44,419 nucleotides of DNA from Catajapyx aquilonaris. Taxonomy: Eukaryota. The stretch spans positions 1-44,419 of the forward strand of contig JYFJ02003256.1 in assembly GCA_000934665.2 (NCBI GenBank). The letters are read 5' to 3'. How positions within the stretch are numbered: position 1 is the first letter of the stretch; each line of letters starts with the position of its first letter. Positions 41,368-44,419 of this stretch are shown in pieces. The notes below the pieces were generated by a model. The model saw nothing but the letters and a program-made list of their open reading frames with translations, ran no database searches and had not been told where the DNA came from. A program made the translations under genes and the position numbers.

Positions 41368-41416
41368 CTGAAACGCAAACGACCAGAAGGGTGAGGAGGC
41401 CATTGTTGCCAACCAT
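41368..41416 (-). CDS. First coding segment MVGNNGLLTLLVVCVS + 1 nt; signal-peptide-like, phase-1 intron follows
   Basis: 49 nt = 16 codons + 1 nt. Hydrophobic core LLTLLVVCV; in-frame TAA and TGA lie upstream within the exon. A signal-peptide exon followed by a phase-1 intron is common in modular extracellular proteins. Confidence 0.55.
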
Positions 41417-41510
41417 TCCGAGGTCTTCTTCCTTTCCTCTTCGTCTCCCTCTACGCCCCCTTTTTCGCACGGTGTTTTTGGCAATTAAGGTGTGCCAATG
41501 TCAAAGTTAT
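41368..41510 (-). other. Spliced exon (143 nt) carrying 5'UTR and the start codon of a probable secreted or cell-surface protein gene
   Basis: Minus strand has a strong acceptor (ctttcg, a long T run, then gtAG; AG at 41512-41511) and a consensus donor CAG|GTGAGT at 41368|41367. All three frames contain stops in the 5' part of the exon, and the first ATG (41416) is in ggaATGG context. Confidence 0.6.
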
Positions 41511-43216
41511 CTACAAAAAAAAAAACGAAAGTGCCACTGCTTGAAGGAAAGTGGTTCAGTTAAAACGCCCCTTAATCGTCACTTATTGAAAGTGTGGATT
41601 CAGCTGATAAAGGGTAATATCCGATCGCAATAAATTCACCGGGAAAGTTCCAGGTGTAAAAAGGCAGATAAGAACGAATCAGCTCCAACAAAATTTTTAC
41701 GTACAGTATTTAAATCCTCTCTAAATATGAAATGAATTTCGCCCTCCCTATTTTTTTTATCACTGGCTATACCCTTCAGCAGAACTATTGACGTACCACT
41801 AACAATGGTGGTCAATGAGATGAAATAAGCTTATTGTGATGAAATTCCGCACTGCAGCAGAGACACGTGCCCTGCAAATCATGCAGGAACTTCATGCCCA
41901 ATAACAAATTATAATGCCACAATAGGCGTCTCGTTCGTGAGGACAACGGCCGCATGCATTACATATTCCACTCGAATAATGATCCAAATTTGCATTGTCT
42001 ACTCTGTAACCCGATGCAAAAAAAAGGGAACAAGTGTTTACCTACGATATAACAATGATACCACTTTCCTCCGAAACCAGGACGTTGTATTGAGGATGTC
42101 ACTGAGACAAGTCCCCCTGTGGAATAACAAGAGCAAGCAGGTGGTCGCTCAATTTGACTGGGGCCTCTTTTTACAACAATAGACCGAATCATGTAAGACT
42201 ATGTCGGTGCTTGGAAGAAAAACCAGAGGATGGCTTTTTTTGTGTGCAGCTCATGTTTTGTCCCCATTTTACCCATGGGAAAATGCAGATGGCATACTAG
42301 AAGAGCATCTTATTCATTCTCTAGAGAGGAAGAGACTCGCAAAATAATAATGCAGGGGGGGCTATGGGTATGGGGGAGATATAGGAGAAGAGGGGAGGAG
42401 AAAAAATATTGTCCTGGAGATGTCGAGCTGGGATGAAAAATTGGGTTCATAAATCCGGAGACCCCGGCGACCGACGCAAAGTGGAATTTACCGACACCCA
42501 CGCCCGTGTAATTACAGACTAACGTACTCGCTGGTGGGTTACAAGGACAGGAGATAATGGAGGCGGCCAGGAGCTACCTCCCAGAGCTTCCGCACATTTC
42601 ATTTTCCGCGGGGTTCGACCCGGGGCCCGGAATACGCCAAGATTAAGGCTTGAAATAGACAATAACTTTTCCGGAGATTTGAAAGAAACAATAACCACCC
42701 CCGGATTTTTTCCGACCTCGTTAGTGCACCAGCTTTGAATGTACCGGTACGGGGGGAAAAAATTAACGCTACAGTTATATTTTTGGGGTAGGAAAATCCA
42801 AAGAAGGCTGAGCCACCTTTTTTATAACAGTGATGAAACCTCGTGGCATTATACGCCCATGTCATTTTGCACATTTTAGCACCAATATCTCTAATATATC
42901 AAGCAAGAGAGAAAATTATGGCCACCCGCCAGCTCCGCGTTTTGTGACCCATAAAGTAGATCAGAAGCAGTAGGTTCGGTTAGAGCTAATCTATGCAATT
43001 ATGAGCATAACCCAATTTTTTTAAACCCCCCCCCCCGCACACTGCCAGATAATCCCTGCTTAAACCGCATTCCAATTAACCATCGTATCTCCATGCCCCC
43101 TAATCTATCTACTAGCCCTGCACTAAACCATCATAATTGCTCAACTTCTACCACCCCCCTGGTGCAACTGGGTGCAACAAAAAAATATTATTATGACAGT
43201 ACATAAAACACCTCAC

Positions 43217-43289
43217 CCACGTGGCCAAAATCCTCCAGCCAATCAAAAAGTAGACGCCATCTTCGAAGGTCACACAAACGAGCCAATCA
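43217..43289. promoter_or_regulatory. Promoter-like motif cluster: E-box, two CCAAT boxes and a YY1/PHO site
   Basis: CCACGTGG 43217-43224, AGCCAATCA 43237-43245 and 43281-43289, CGCCATCTT 43255-43263. A GC-rich patch lies at about 43380-43560. Confidence 0.35.
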
Positions 43290-44419
43290 CCTGCTTACTT
43301 GAATCCAAGGGGGACTTTGGTCTCAAATTGTTTTTAAAATAAAAATTCGGAGTTATTAAATTTTTTTGACAGGGGAAGGCAGACACGGATGCTGCGCGTG
43401 GCACGCCCGCACCGCCGCCACTGAGCTTTCCTTCCACGCCTGCCCACGTTTTGGGTTGTAGACCCGGATTCCCTGCTCCGGACAAGCGCAAAAGAGGTCT
43501 CTTTCCCGCGCCTTCCACACCCCCCACTCTCTACCACCCCCTCAGAGAGAGATGCGCCACGCAGACCAATTTTGGCGCTAACAGACGGTGTAGCAAAAAA
43601 TATATGTGAAGGAGGAATATGGGGGGGCCAGAAAAATATTCAGCTCAGATTTCATAGCGTAGAATGCCCCGTAGGGTTCTGTCCCTTGTTTGCCTTCGTG
43701 ATGAAACCTCGCTTTTCGTATGTGGAACTGGTGCATTTTTTACGTGATGAAAATACATGTGAGGTATCCATTTCATTATTTGAAATATTCATGCGCGGAT
43801 AATATACTGTGTAATTATTCTGAAAATGGTTGGAAGCCCCGAAGCCCCTTAAAGTGGCTCTTGGGTAAGCATGTATAAAATACGTGTAAATATGCAAAAA
43901 ATGGCTTAATTACAATAAATATGTGATATTAAATTGAAACCGTGAGTTGCAAAAGGTCCCAAGTCCAACCACCTCAACTTTTCAGGAGAGACAAAAAAAA
44001 ACCGAAATTGATAAGTAATGATCGAAATGGGGAGAAAATCTTCGTGATTTTTTCCCCCATGTTAGAATGAACATCAAAATATGCGCCTTGCCCCGTACTA
44101 CCCCCCATTGGGTAGCACGGCAGTGCGTCCGCCAAGTCTCCTCCCACCCTCCCTCCGCCCTCCTCACACCCTCACACCCTCCCTCCTCCCTCCACCTGCA
44201 CTGCCCTACCTTTACACGAACCCTCTAGTTACTCTACACACGAGCCCCTTGTAACTCGGGACTGGGTAAGGCTGGAGGTCTGAGATTTGCATGGCCTGGT
44301 CTTACAGCGGGACGGACCCCAGAAAAAAAAAATCATGAAATTTGGACAGACGGTCTCCGGTCTATAAGGGCCCAAACAAGGCTATTTTCCTGGGTATAAC
44401 AATATGGTATTGAGACGCA

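Noticed and set aside
41885..41895. AGGAACTTCAT match to miR-276
   Set aside because: Only 11 nt match and there is no precursor hairpin.
1..44419. CRISPR array, prokaryotic defence locus or regular array of small genes
   Set aside because: No repeat-spacer periodicity and no gene-dense architecture; the alternating AT-rich and GC-richer patches share no alignable unit that I could find.

Overview
This is eukaryotic, almost entirely non-coding DNA, probably from an arthropod (interstitial TTAGG array, RTE-clade LINE). I see no prokaryotic operon, CRISPR array, rRNA or convincing tRNA, and none of the listed six-frame ORFs matches a protein family I recognise. The best-supported features are these. 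(1) The decayed 3' end of an RTE non-LTR retrotransposon at 1-476, with RT C-terminal motifs, a G-rich 3'UTR, a terminal stem-loop and a (TGT)n tail. (2) A minus-strand exon at 41510-41368 that the ORF track misses. It has strong splice sites, a start codon and a signal-peptide-like MVGNNGLLTLLVVCVS ending in phase 1. This suggests most of the window is a very long intron of a secreted or cell-surface protein gene. (3) Microsatellites, a TTAGG array with imperfect inverted flanks, and a possible TA-flanked Tc1/mariner-type MITE. Weaker leads are AG|GT recursive-splice-like sites on the same strand, a phase-compatible candidate second exon, at least 15 exact POU octamer motifs, and two PHO/YY1-type motif clusters. 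I cannot support a claim of a wholly new biological system; the leads are hypotheses for RNA-seq and comparative checks.
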